DNA of 64,000 nt from Tubiluchus corallicola (Eukaryota; Animalia; Priapulida): the NCBI GenBank assembly GCA_030141605.1, contig JAQGDQ010000378.1, forward strand, positions 124,001-188,000. Reading direction: 5' to 3'. The translations under genes and the position numbers were made by a program. Below the pieces are notes generated by a model. It worked only from the letters and a program-made list of their open reading frames with translations. It was not told the DNA's origin and made no database searches. Below, in pieces: positions 12,701-24,819 of this stretch (within the stretch, counting starts at the first letter, position 1; each line of letters begins with the position of its first letter).

Positions 12701-13775
12701 CATTTTTATCATTCGAAGTGATTTACGTATCGTGTTGCGAATTTGAATAGTTTAACATCCCTAGACTAAACATCTGGGATAGCACGTGCCTATGATTGCC
12801 TGCAACACATTAACATTGATATATAGGCAAACATTGTGTGAGGCTTTTCTTGTGCAGAAACAATAAAAACTTAATTGTATTATGTTCATTGTAGGCTTTC
12901 ACCATATATTGTTCACAAAACTATTGTAAATGTGTAATGTGAAATAAATGACTTGTGAAATTTGTCTTCTGGTCACTGTCTTGCAAAATATCTCGTCTAA
13001 ATTGCAGTACTCATCCATCCCTGATTGAAATTTGACGTGGGTAATGAAGGGTCAGGCAAAAGTAGTGACGTTGAAAGGGGGACAAGGGTAGAATTAGCAA
13101 GAGAATGTGGAGTTGGTATACACAGCTATGAAGGTTTTATAACTAAAAGCCAGGCATTTTAACAGGAAATCTCAGAGTTGCGTTTATAAAATTTTTATTA
13201 TTGAATGACAATAATAAATTGCTATTATAGACCTCATGATAAGAGTTAGTGAGTTCTCGGAACGATATTTTTCAATTGTAGAACATTTTATAAATGTAAT
13301 TGTAGAATTTTGTCTAAAAATGAGAACTGCTAATTCCATCATCAACTTCTTATTAAATTATTAAACAGTTTTTAGAATGCAGATTTTAGAAAATGTCTCC
13401 AAAAGGATTTTCAAGTAATCCCTTTGAATAATAAATGACATGGTGTATGTCATTTTAGAAAACTTTTTTTGTCAATGTAAATTGACTTTCTGGAATTAAA
13501 CTTTAATTATGCAGGCAGTCACTGTTTAATTGCCTTTTTTTGGAAATTCACTTTTGCAAACTATTTTAGTAGAGTAACTGATTGCATCTCCGGTAATCTT
13601 TCATTGCAGTAATCCATTTTTTTGTTGTTGTAGGCGACCAGTCAACGATGAGATGTTCTACGGAACGATTAAACCAAATGGAGTAGAGCTACGCCCCAGC
13701 AGCTCCAGTGCGTTCTGCTCCGTGTCTAAGCATTATATGTACAAGGATAATGTTACTGCTATTGATACCATGTGA
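798..13775 (+). CDS. GLCCI1: FAM117/GLCCI1-family protein, ~341 aa, 9 coding exons (N-terminus could be longer)
   Basis: Exons 798-846, 970-1109, 2756-2869, 6357-6489, 7276-7391, 8711-8805, 10958-11061, 11756-11888 and 13634-13775. All introns are GT-AG with consistent phases (1026 nt total). Family motifs in order: RTVSLDTIYLSGQWPRD, DKATQ|TPSEW, HKRSSSVGS, RQSPLHGNH, NSVEGLNQEI, PDGHRAP, TQTPS, SPKP...REPPDGC, SSAFC. Confidence 0.9.
7970..8509. repeat. 34/35-bp minisatellite, ~15 copies, in a GLCCI1 intron
   Basis: Unit GACTTGTGTAGCCTCA(TGT/CG)TTTATCAAGTCTCNNT. GACTTG recurs at 7996, 8031, 8066 ... 8480. Confidence 0.95.
8835..9236. mobile_element. hAT-type MITE, same family as 45497-45859
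   Basis: Perfect 8-bp target duplication TGTAGCAA (8827-8834 and 9237-9244). Degenerate TIRs TAGGGATGGATTAT/ATAATCTGACCCAG. The internal sequence is clearly similar to the 45497 copy. Confidence 0.8.
9582..10575. mobile_element. Degenerate DNA-transposon-like element (CAGTGG..TAGC terminus) containing a long inverted repeat
   Basis: The left end CAGTGGTATAGCTAGAG...CCGGGGTAAAAAATAC...TGGCACTC resembles the left end at 50827. The right boundary is approximate. Confidence 0.45.
9757..10135. repeat. ~165-bp imperfect inverted repeat (fold-back) with ~50-nt spacer
   Basis: 9757-9921 is the approximate reverse complement of 9972-10135. Confidence 0.9.
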
Positions 13776-14853
13776 TCGTAATGCATGCAGTAAGTGCTTC
13801 TCAGACAAGTAGTCGATGCATTAGTTTAATATACTACTTACAAATATGTAGAAGCCATCTGCAAAAGTGATAAACTTTCTAGTGCCGATTTTTGTTCGAG
13901 ATTCTAAGATAATTTTCAGGCACAATAGATACCTACCAGGAATTATTTATTAGAGTTCCTGCCTGGCACATAGTTGTTCCTGTGACTTATGAATGAATAG
14001 ACAGATATCATTGCATTATTTAGTTGCTGCATTAGTAATTCTCAATTGAGGAATAGTGCGAGAAGTTATGCACATGGTTTTAAACAACCAGAAATGCTCG
14101 TTCTAAGAAGTTTTGAGTATGAGCATTTGATGAGCGCAAGAGAACTTTTCCAGTGGTAGTATTGACGTGAGGATTATTAATGCTTGGAATCTCTCATTTG
14201 TAAAAATATGTAACTTAGGTATTTTACATATTGCTACAAGTGTAAAGTGTTTAAAGTTGCTATTTTGATGTATTGAAGTTTGCATATCTATTGTATTGTT
14301 TGTGTGTGGGAGGTTGAGATACCTCGTCGACCGGACGTAATTAGCTTGTCGTTTTTCCATTTGCATTTTTTGTCGTTTAATTGCAATTAAGGTTTGCGTG
14401 CCGAAATACGTTCGTTTCGGTAATTCGTTTATAATTAACGATTCTTTTTCGAGATTACGTTTGCTTTTTTCTAGTATTTATTGCCTAAGGCGTAAGTTGT
14501 TGTTAGACTATTGAATTGTGTGCTTACCCTGGTGAAGACTTTGCCACGGTTGGTCGTGCTTAACAGGCAAAATTAAATACAACTTTTCAATGCTCGGCCG
14601 GGCATTATTTTTTAATATCGCCTGTTGCATTTTCACAAGCTTGGTGAAGTCTGTATTGTATTTATTTTTTCTGGCAGCAACGCAAAGACTTGGTGTTCTA
14701 AAAAAGATCTGCTTTTTATTTTGCAAATTAGTTGAATGCTGTTACATGGTTGCTTCATTGAACTGTTTGAACACAGTTACTTGGCCACCCCATTCTGTGC
14801 AATAGCTTTCGTTTCATGTGCAGCAGTGCACAGATGAGAATGTAGCACAAGTA

Positions 14854-15710
14854 CCGTATATACTCGCATATAAGCCGAATTTAGAACTATAAAATACAAT
14901 ACTGAAATCAGGGGGTCGGCTTATATGCGCATGAAACAAAATGAACACAAGGACAGACACTAATGCCAATTTTGCAGCCACACATTTTCATCGCTATCTG
15001 ACTCTTTATTTGGTTGTGTGTCACCAGTGGTGTATTGGAGGGAGATCGTGGGGGATCGCCGTCCACCCACTTTTGTTTAGAAAAAAATCACATTTCAATA
15101 AATGTCTGCTTTTTGTATTCATTAGATAAAAAATATTAAAAATGTATACGGGTTTAATATTAAATCTACCATACTTGTTTTCATTTTTTCCAATAATGAT
15201 AGCCAATAAATATGAAGGGTTCACTGCTTCCACAGGTTGGTGTACACGTTTTCTGAACAGACACTCTATAAGTTTGAGACAGAGAACGAAAATTGCACAA
15301 AAATTTGACGATGAGGGTGGTAGTGACAATGATTTTGAAGGTTTCTAATTATTTTTAAGAACACTACGTTAAATTATAAACAGAAATGCTATAATTTTTT
15401 GTGAATAAATAGAAAACAAAATATTTTCTTCTTTTTTCATATCAAAATGTATAATTTCTTCTATTTCTTCTAGTTATGTAACATAAAAGTAAGCATTTTA
15501 CATCTTTATAGTAAAAAATTTCTATGAACCAAAAATACCCAATTAACAAAATGTGACAAAAAGGGATCAATTTTGTTGATTGGGTATGGAGTAAAATTAG
15601 ACAAGTTGATGGTCGGCTTATATACGGGTTTTTGCAAAAACTGGCCATTTTAAAGCAGCTTTAGGGGGTCGGCTTATATGCGATGTAGGCTTATATGCGA
15701 GTATATACGG
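14854..15710 (+). mobile_element. Internally deleted pogo-family (Tc1/mariner superfamily) DNA transposon
   Basis: Perfect 23-bp TIR CCGTATATACTCGCATATAAGCC with TA on both sides. The residual coding fragment FTASTGWCTRFLNRHSISLRQRTKIAQK (CENP-B-type HTH) is joined to an acidic tail DDEGGSDNDFEGF*. Confidence 0.9.
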
Positions 15711-16189
15711 TAATCAAAAAGTGATTCGATTTAGTTGCAGTTTTTTCTCAAAAATCGAGCACCTGTACTTGTGCTTCTGTGCGCTTTTGCAAATAAATGA
15801 AATCACGCGTTATGGTGCTGAACAAGAAACTTTTCAACTTAATATTTTGTCATAATAATACCCAAGTACGGTCTTGTGATAGCTGCCATTTCAACTATAA
15901 TGTTTTTTTCATAAAATTCTGTTATTCTCACTTAAAGTAATATATCTTAAACTGGCGTATATAGTAATTATATGAGAATGTGCATTATTACTGTATAAGT
16001 CAGGAGTTGTAGTTCTTGTGTAAATCTGTTTACAATGTAACGGATAATAAATTGCAGCAAGATTTTATGGTTGTGTTTGGAGTTTTTTAAATTGCAAAGG
16101 TACCTCTTTATTACAACTCTGCAGGCACGACTATTAAACCACCCTACCTCTTGTGATTTAGATAGGTTTTACCCAAATCCTAGTGTGGT

Positions 16190-16421
16190 TAGTAAGCTAT
16201 TAGCATTAAGATCTACCATACTCAGATAGTAAGCTATTAGCATTAACAAGATCTACCGTACTCAGATAGTAAGCTATTAGCATTAACAAGATCTACCGTA
16301 CTCACATAGTAAGCTATTAGCATTAGCAAGATCTACCATACTCAGTAAGCTATTAGCATTAACAAGCTCTACCATACTCACATGGTAAGCTATTAGCATT
16401 AACAAGATCCACCGTACTCAC
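16190..16421. repeat. ~40-bp minisatellite, ~6 copies
   Basis: Unit TAGTAAGCTATTAGCATTAACAAGATCTACCGTACTCAGA with 3-4-nt deletion variants. Confidence 0.93.
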
Positions 16422-18085
16422 GTGGGGTAGAGTATAGTGCTCGACGTAAAATGCAAGGCATTCAGGCTAAGCCCTCAACTTTCAAATTATTTTTGGTCAC
16501 ATTTGAGCTAGCTGACTATAATAGCCATACTTTTTTAAATACGTGAGTGAAAGATTGCCACATGAGGCTAATGTAAATTATGTGAACCACGGTAAAAGTT
16601 TGATTTTTAAGTTTGGCAAAAAACAGTATGCTAATTTAACAGGAAAATGAGAGAAAAAGAGATGCAAATATAAGAACAGCTATTTTGACACATAGTACCT
16701 AAAACTAACATTTCTTTCCAAAATGATACAAACTCACTACACTGAAATACCAGTCAAATATAAGAGTACATGTAGATTAGACTGCAGACTTTTAAAGCAA
16801 ATTACCACAATTAGGGTTTATCAAATGTTACTTCGGTGAGACTGAAACAAGTTGCCCATCTTAGATGTAAGAAAATACGAAATCCAGGTGATCAACCTAA
16901 CTAGAACATGTCTGACTAGTTATAAATATGCATTGTTGTTTTGATAATTAAACAAGCACACAGTAAACAGAGTATGAACTGAGGAAATCAATTGCAGGCC
17001 TCTGTAAAAAGCAAATTCGATGGCCAAGGACAACTTAAAAATTTTTATCTACAATTCATACAAGTTGAATAAATAATACACACATGAAGATTCACTGTAA
17101 TTGTTGTATATTACATTATTGTATTACAGGCTAGCACAAATTCATTTTATTAAAACATTCCACTTGCGCTGCATGACAAGAATTACAGACTTCATTAATA
17201 GGCTTCACAAGCAAGATAAGAAAAATCTAATTCTTACTATGTCAGCTGAAAAGCTGAGCTGTACACAAACAGATTTAAAATATGGCTGAAAATTATTAGT
17301 TGAGTGATACATTAGAATATGTATATGCATCATTACATATATATATTATAGATAGTTTATTTTGAAAGACTTGCACAGATTCAAAATGCAAAGCTACTAA
17401 CTATAGTTTTAAGAATCTTTTAATGGTGCTAGTATCAATACATTAAAAATGCATGATGTTGACCTTAAAACTTCATAGATCTATGAAACTACACTGCTAT
17501 GCACATTCATGTACTACTTTTCTAAATTAACGACAGGCAACACAGAAAAGAACAATAGCATTCGTACTGGAACAAATATCCTCATTGTTTAGTAATAATG
17601 CTTGTAGACACATCAATAACGGTTCCTCAGTACACTTTTACACCTACCATTGCATGTCAGAAAATTCACAGTTTTACAGTTTCATCACCTATCAGTCAAG
17701 TATGCTGTACGTATCATCAAGCTGTTATCCACACGCAAGCACAGTGTACAAAATTTGACATGGTTATTAGACTAGCTAGAGTGATAGAACAGTAAGCCAC
17801 ACCACTTTTAAATTACCAGAGTGCAGCTCGCACCATTTTCAATCTGTTTTACGTTAAATTAAATGTTGACAAAAAAGTAGAAAAAACTACTTGTAGTTGG
17901 CTCTTAGACTGTGATGCATTCCTTTAACAAGTGCAAAGTTACTTATTGAGAATTGATAGAATGACGATACAGATCTAAAGAATGAAACGTGTCAACTGAA
18001 GCCAGTAAATTTGCTACTTATTTTTAACAGATGCATCAGTTATTGCCAAAGCTGGTGAATGCGGACACGCATTTGTAACAGGCTG

Positions 18086-18384
18086 TAGGGGTGAGCATCG
18101 AATGTTCAAATTTCATTTGAAATCGATTCAAACTTTAAATTATAGATTCGAATGATTCAAGACTGCAACTGCATGCATTCTTTATCATTAAAACATTTGA
18201 AACATCACGCAATCAGTTTAGCTGCACAATCTTTGCAAGACAGCTTTTTATTAAGGATTCCAAAATCTTTAAAACTGAACTCGAATTCAAATTGGACTTG
18301 GAAAATTTAAAACTTGGTTAGATTCAAGTTTGGAAATAAATTCGATTCAATTCGAGTTCTCTATCTGGTAAATGTTTACCCCTA
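18086..18384. mobile_element. hAT-like MITE with TTCGAA-type subterminal repeats, related to 23671-24819
   Basis: Termini TAGGGGTGAGCAT / ATGTTTACCCCTA and many ATTCGA/TTCAAA motifs. The TSD is only partly preserved. Confidence 0.6.
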
Positions 18385-18824
18385 ATAAGCAGCTACATGT
18401 CTTTGCACTTTGATCCCTCTTCAGCCTCCTAAATTCCAAGCCATTCAAGGTGTTTGCGACTTTTATTGCAAAAAAGTGGTAGCAGTCGCCAATCGGCTTG
18501 CTCAAGGTAGACTAGCCTCTAATAGTTCAGTGATAATTTTATTAGCTAGCAACACCGAATGCTGTAAGTAGTCTTGCTACTGTATTTTGTTCAAGGTAGT
18601 GACATATGAGGAAAAACACCATGTTTGATGTAGATGGTTATAAGCAGGTGCTCTAAACTGAATGACATTAATGAAAAAATGATAAGAAATACATTAAAAT
18701 TACTATCATAATTACATTCTATTAATAAAATTGTGACTTGCGAATGACTGGCTAAATGAATGTCCAATCACAGAAGTACTATGTACACCATTTGCCTTGC
18801 TTTGTTCAGTGGCATCCTTATAAT

Positions 18825-20411
18825 TCAGCCATCTGCTGTAACTGGAAATACGAAATCGTGTGATCTTTTGTGAAATTTCAGTGCCTTCAGTAGGGCAAAG
18901 GTGGCACCACAAGTCTCGCAGTAAAATGGCAAGTCTGAACTATGCTTGCTGGAAAAATGCTTCACCATCATGTCTGGCCGATAAAAGGGGGCAGCGCATA
19001 TGTAGCAAATGTACGGTTTTTCCCCAGTGTGAATTCGCTGATGCGTCACCAGATGGCATTTTTCTGTAAAGTCTTTCCCACAAGTGCCGCAAGTGAATAC
19101 TCTCTTTTCCTCCGTGTGAATCTTGAAGTGTCGGTTAAGCGAGCTTTTAATGCTGAAGCTGGCTGTGCACAATGTACACTTGTAAAACTTATCTGTATCC
19201 GTGTCCGTGTTACTCAAATGATGGGGGTCATACAGAGATTCTATTTCATCTGGGTTGCCTCCAATATTATGTTGCGACTGCCTGTGATTGCACAGTTCAG
19301 ACTTGTCACGAAATGTTGCATCGCACACGTCACACTGCAGCATGTTATGCTGTTTCATGTGCGATCTTAGCAGACTTGGATGCGTGAAGTGCTGAAAGCA
19401 TATACTGCAAGTAAACTTGGAACCATGTGTCGAAGCATGCGCTCGCCTATGTATCAGCAGTGCGTTTCGGTTCTGGAACGTAGCGAGACAGATGGGACAC
19501 TTGAACTGATTTCCTCCACCATGGACAGATGCTTTGTGAACCAGCAGTGCCGCTGCTGTTGAAAATAGAGAAGTGCAGACGTCACACTTGAATTTCTTGT
19601 CCCTGCAGTGGCGCTTCAAGTGGCTGCTGAGATGATACGAATGCACAAAAGCCGCTCCGCAATACTGGCAAACGTGGGGGCGCTCACCACTGTGGATCTT
19701 AATGTGTCTATTCAGAGCATATCTCTGGGCGAATATTTTGCCACAGATTGGGCACTGATGATTACTACTGAAAATCCTCGACATTGCAAAGCTTGCAACT
19801 GTGGTGTCTGTTATGCTAGCACTGCAAGATTCGCTGCCTAATCCAACTACAGAATCCCCTTCATAGCAAGCGGCCATAAGAGTTCTACCAGATTGGTTAA
19901 TGCTTTTGCCATTGTTTGTAATACTGCCGACAGAGCAGGCTGTATTATCCACTTTTTCTTGGAAGTTTTCCTCAGACGGAGTAGTAACAACAGGATCTGT
20001 ACTACTTAATGATGTTCCCTTATGCTCCTCAGCATTGCTGCACATTGTTCCCGGGCAATTTTCAGGGGTGAAATTCTTATTCTGTTCGTTCTGGGAATGA
20101 GGGACAAGACTTTTAGATTCATAATTCTCTTTGTTCACGTGACATTCAAGAACGTCTGGAGAAACATTCTCTAAATTTCTCACATCGCAGTCACTCAAAT
20201 TTTCGCCAGCAAAAATGGGTTCAGACTTAATAAGAGCGGCAGGCAGTTCATGTGAATCTGCTGCCTGATAGAAGTCAGACTGGTCATTTCCTTGGCACAA
20301 AAGGATCTTACAGTGACGAAGCTGTGAGTGAGTTGTGAAGCTTTTTTCAGACATAAAGCATTCGCTGCATGCTGTACATTTGAAATACAAGACACTAGTG
20401 TCATTCTCCAT
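18825..20411 (-). CDS. C2H2 zinc-finger protein, 528 aa, 11 fingers, single coding exon
   Basis: ORF from ATG 20411 (MENDTS) to TGA 18825, with a splice acceptor TTATTTTAG just upstream (exon starts 20510). One isolated N-terminal finger, then clusters of 6 and 4 C-x2-C-x12-H-x3/4-H fingers with SGERP and TGEKP linkers. Confidence 0.93.
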   Translation of the reverse strand: MENDTSVLYFKCTACSECFMSEKSFTTHSQLRHCKILLCQGNDQSDFYQAADSHELPAALIKSEPIFAGENLSDCDVRNLENVSPDVLECHVNKENYESKSLVPHSQNEQNKNFTPENCPGTMCSNAEEHKGTSLSSTDPVVTTPSEENFQEKVDNTACSVGSITNNGKSINQSGRTLMAACYEGDSVVGLGSESCSASITDTTVASFAMSRIFSSNHQCPICGKIFAQRYALNRHIKIHSGERPHVCQYCGAAFVHSYHLSSHLKRHCRDKKFKCDVCTSLFSTAAALLVHKASVHGGGNQFKCPICLATFQNRNALLIHRRAHASTHGSKFTCSICFQHFTHPSLLRSHMKQHNMLQCDVCDATFRDKSELCNHRQSQHNIGGNPDEIESLYDPHHLSNTDTDTDKFYKCTLCTASFSIKSSLNRHFKIHTEEKRVFTCGTCGKDFTEKCHLVTHQRIHTGEKPYICYICAAPFYRPDMMVKHFSSKHSSDLPFYCETCGATFALLKALKFHKRSHDFVFPVTADG

Positions 20412-20735
20412 GGTAGACAACGAATTATGATGACTCAAAAACACTGTGAAATGCAGACAAACTGCTGAGCCGGCATTTAAATGTACTGATGTTAACACTT
20501 GATGTTAAACCTAAAATAATGGAAAAACAGTTTAGTCTATTATCAAAAATTTAATAATCATGATCACTAGAAAATGGGAAGATATTATATATACTGTTTA
20601 GCAAAATAATATATTTCCAAACTCCAAAAACCAAGCTCTCAGAGATCCGTAACATTTTACTACCGTTATTTAGCTGAGTCATACTTTAAACCCCATCACT
20701 CGCTTGTTGTACATCTTGTCCTACGGCATGTAAAT

Positions 20736-21269
20736 CAGTGGTGTAGCTAATAGGGAACAAGAGGAGCAACTGCTCCTCCTAGCACATTTTCCAAGATTGG
20801 TGTCTCTTCAACAATTTTTTAAACTCTAGTTCACTTGTATAATAAAAGTCGAATCTCTTTTTATTTTTTTATCACATAGTCTTGGAAGAATTTTCTGGAG
20901 TCATTACTTTAGTTGACTGCAGGCCTCTTGTGTTTTTGAAATGAGCGCACATTTACACAACTCATTTGTCAAGGTTGACTAAATTAACCAAGGATCAAAT
21001 TGTCCCAAATCTAATTATTGCAATATATTCTTGTCACACGTTGATACTGTCCATTGTGGCATAGATAAATGTATAATTGATTTATGAAATTTTTATTGTG
21101 TTTTAATTTTACATACAAAAGAACAATTACGTACTTCCTTTAAGGCTATATCTTGATTGTGTTTTGATTTTAGACACAAATTAAAATGTATAATCAGTGT
21201 GTTAAAATTATTTTATAAAATTTTTTATGTGCTTGCTCCATCTAACTTTAGAACCTGACTATGTCCCTG
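20736..21269. mobile_element. Old hAT-like MITE
   Basis: Termini CAGTGGTGTAGCTA / TGACTATGTCCCTG. Flanks ATGTAAAT and ATATAAAA match 6/8. Confidence 0.5.
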
Positions 21270-22367
21270 ATATAAAATTTAGTTTATGAGCTCTAGTAGC
21301 TGGTGATTTCTGTCCAGATGGCTCAGTAGCTAGCACTTTTAGTTCAACCTTGCTCACACTGCTCAGTTTGAACATTTCTTTAACGAGATTAATTGAGATG
21401 TTTTGATTTATACTATTGCGGAACTTCCTCAAATGATATAAGCGGAGAAAAAACGGCTTATTAATATGGTCAATGGAATATGGAACTTAATATAGGCTTG
21501 TATTTGTGAGACTCCCAGCAAGTTAGCGGACGGAGTCAAGCAAACTAGACTGTTGTATGATGAGGAAGCTGTAGCCAACGTGTTAGTGGTGAAGCGAAGA
21601 GGTGGTAATCCACGAGGTGAGCTGCCAGCAGGTCTCGGAACTTGGTGGAATCAAACGACGGATTATATGGTATGGATCGATAACACATGGAATGGAATGG
21701 AATGGAATGATGTAGTTACATTTACAGTATGGAGTGATGAAACCATGGTTATGGAATGGAAATGGAACCGTGACGCAGTTAGCGCCTGGACTGGTGCTCT
21801 GACGTGGTAAACCCGGTACCGGTATGCCTGTAGCCTCGTATACACTTGTACAGTTTTGCTTTAATGATCTGTGTACAGTTTTTTCATGTGTATTATATTT
21901 GCAATTAAATGAAGCAATTGAATTTAATGCCTAGCTTATTTAGATTAACTGAGATTGTCGATCACTAATTTTTCCTAAATATTGCATCACAACAGCAACG
22001 ATGGTACACGTTAGGGAATTAACACAGAACCCATAACACGCGCTTTAGGAATATCCATGTTTCGGCTCATCACATCTTTAATTCGATGGTTAATAAAAAT
22101 TAATTTCTTTTGTGAGGTGCACTTTTGAGGCTAACTAAATAAATAGGTTCGCAATCCTGACAAAAATAATCAAGAAATATAAGTGCACCATCACAGCTTG
22201 TAAGTCACACTATATAAATCATTCAGTTTGTCATGACTTCTTTACAGTTTCCTCGTCTTTGATTACAATTTTAACTGCAATAATTCATTAACAAACATTA
22301 TAGCTCTTCTTAGTTGATATATTAACGAATTTATTGCTTGATTTATATATTTTATTTTTATTTACTA

Positions 22368-23051
22368 CAGTAAGTCCTCGCTTAATGATGTTAATGCGTT
22401 CCAGCAAAATGTGACGTTACGTGAAAAGCCACGGCTTCCATAGAAAGTAATGTAACAGAATTGGGACATGTTTCAGAAGCAAATATCAATGCTGCTTAAA
22501 CTAAATTAAATGTTTTATGAGTTTATTCATATTTAACTGCCTTCCGCTTGCTTGACAGCACCTGTCTTTCTAACCACTACTTAGCAGACTGTTTCTCTTT
22601 CATTAACCTTGAAGCCCAATGCAGTAAGTGGTTAAACACTGCATTGAGACAATTTTGCTCAGATACTTATTGCTATGGCAACAGATTGTAGCCAAAATTT
22701 CGTTGCATAAACACTTAATTTGCACGCATGTGGCTGGAGGTGTATAAATTGTAAACACATCTTGCTTGATACAAACAGCTAGCATTACATTTTAGCAGTC
22801 ATTTGGGAGGCAAAAACATATTAATTGTACAACTTTACATTACTTGTGCATTTTTAGAACAGAAAGACACAAAAAATACTCTTAATGTTTCAAATTAGGT
22901 AACAAATTTGTTAATAAAATAAAAATTGCTTTAACCAAAGTAAAAACAAATCGTTGTTAAAACGACATTAAGTGAGAAAAAGGAGTTAAATGTTCAGCGT
23001 CGTTAAAAGGAAACATCGTTAAATGAGGAGTCGTTAAGTGAGGACTCACTA
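22368..23051. mobile_element. Tigger/pogo-type MITE
   Basis: TA|CAGTAAGTCCTCGCTTAATGA ... TCGTTAAGTGAGGACTCACTA|TA imperfect TIRs with subterminal TCGTTAA repeats. Confidence 0.75.
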
Positions 23052-23561
23052 TATTTCGCTTTTATTTTATTTATTTCTGCAGAATTCAAGGTGCATACGA
23101 TGTTCAAAATGGTCGTTCTGATCATTCAAATTGCAAAATTACACAGTAAATTCATTTGCTAGCAAAATGGGCACAAAATTTATCACAATTTTATAGTTAC
23201 ATTGTAACGGTAGCAAAAATACTCTATGAATTTTCTCCTAAATTTTTAGCCCAGAAAAAAAACTTCCGTCCACCACGTTCGATCGTGATTGATCACTACT
23301 ATCTCCTCTGATCGACGGTGTCCGGGAAAATTACTTGCAGCACAATGTGGTCACCTTACTACTCAGGCTTCCAAGTGACTAGCTTGCGCATGTGTATCTC
23401 ATTTAACATCCATTTTTAACTGTACGACTATGTAACAACTATATTCTCCGATAAAGTCTTTTTAAATTTCTAATGTTCAACCTACCCGTTACAGTAGCAT
23501 CCAGCTGCAACAAGAACAAGAAAATTTTAAGCTAATTGACAAGGCAGACATATTCAATTGT

Positions 23562-23577
23562 AGCGCCACCTGTGACC
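23562..23577 (-). promoter_or_regulatory. CTCF-like motif between divergently transcribed genes
   Basis: Minus-strand GGTCACAGGTGGCGCT resembles the CTCF core CCACCAGGTGGCGCT. Motif match only. Confidence 0.35.
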
Positions 23578-23670
23578 TGCTTGGAAATTAAAGTAAACTT
23601 AATGCACGAAAACTCAACCGTAGACTCAACTGTCCAATAAAGAAGCACGCCCTTTGTCTAAATCTAGGCG

Positions 23671-24819
23671 TAGGAGTGAGCATACTCTACCAGAAAACAA
23701 ATTCGAATCAAATCGAATTTGCGACTTTCGAATTCGAACCGCATCGAATTTCAGTATTTCGAATTCGAATGCACCCATGTTAAATACAATTTGTCCAAAT
23801 CACATCTAAACTTACTCTTTATTATTCTTCAGTCTCTCCTTATTTAAATTATGTTAGTTCCCTTTGTGGAGCTACGTACATGAAAAATCTTCACCCTTTG
23901 CATTGTCTTCAAAAAAATTTCTTCGTTTATATTTCGATTAAATAAATTCATTCCAGTATTTAACTCTTTCTTAATACAACGTAATATCTTGTCTATTTAT
24001 AACATACTGTTTCATAATATTGCACATTTTTATGTATAAAACATATGGCAAATTATTACCCAAGTTCTTCAAAAATCCTATCAAAGTGAATGCAAGATTT
24101 CATAATACACACTTTAATCAATACTTTCTTCCATAGTGTCTGCACAAATGTCCCTAAATATTTCATTTCTTTTACTGAGCCATTAATTTGGAACTATCTA
24201 CCTAATTATATAAAATTGGAACATAGTATTTACAAAAGCCCCAAACTCTTTATTATGGACCATACTACAAACATTTATAATCTGCGATGTTTCATATCAC
24301 ACCCAAAGAAGATTAAGAATGGACTGCACTCTATAACAAGAAGAAGTAAAAGAAACTTTGTAGGTGGATGGACATAACCCGACTCCTCTCAACATACGTA
24401 GTTGTGTGCCTTGCTGATTTATTTACATTTATTACTTTCTTAGCTCTTGCGAATCTAATTTTTTTACTTTTTTATTTTTATTTTTTCTCTCACTTTTATA
24501 ATTATTGCATTTTTCATATCCTTTCATTTTTCATACTCCCTTTCTTCCCATTAACCACTTTTTACTCTTACACCTACACTTTTGTTTCTATTTGCCATAT
24601 TGGGCCTGATCTTTACAAGTTTTTTTTTGGACAGCCCCAATAATCCATTAATCAATTTTATTATTTATATGCTCGCTTCTTTTAATTCGGTATTTTGTGT
24701 TTTCACCATATTTATGTATTATTTTCTAAATGGCTAATGGAATAAAAAGAAACTAAAATTAACTAAACTAAAAAAACCCGTTCGTCAAATTCGTTTCGAA
24801 CGTTCGATGCTCATCCCTA
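23671..24819. mobile_element. hAT-like MITE interrupted by a LINE fragment
   Basis: Termini TAGGAGTGAGCAT / ATGCTCATCCCTA with TTCGAA subterminal arrays on both sides. No TSD is visible. Confidence 0.6.
23800..24776 (+). mobile_element. 5'-truncated CR1/L2-group LINE (degenerate ORF2 C-terminus plus 3' UTR)
   Basis: Translates to YSSVSPYLNYVSSLCGATYMKNLHPLHCLQK and ISFTEPLIWNYLPNYIK, typical post-RT LINE motifs. It ends in AATAAA and an (AAACT)n/A-rich tail. Confidence 0.7.

Noticed and set aside
18825-20498. 557-aa version of the ZNF ORF
   Set aside because: It begins at a non-ATG codon. The first in-frame ATG is at 20411.
22056-22074. Minus-strand GTGATGAGCCGAAAC minimal hammerhead-like string
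   Set aside because: The first core C is missing, stem II is essentially absent and there are no supporting stems.
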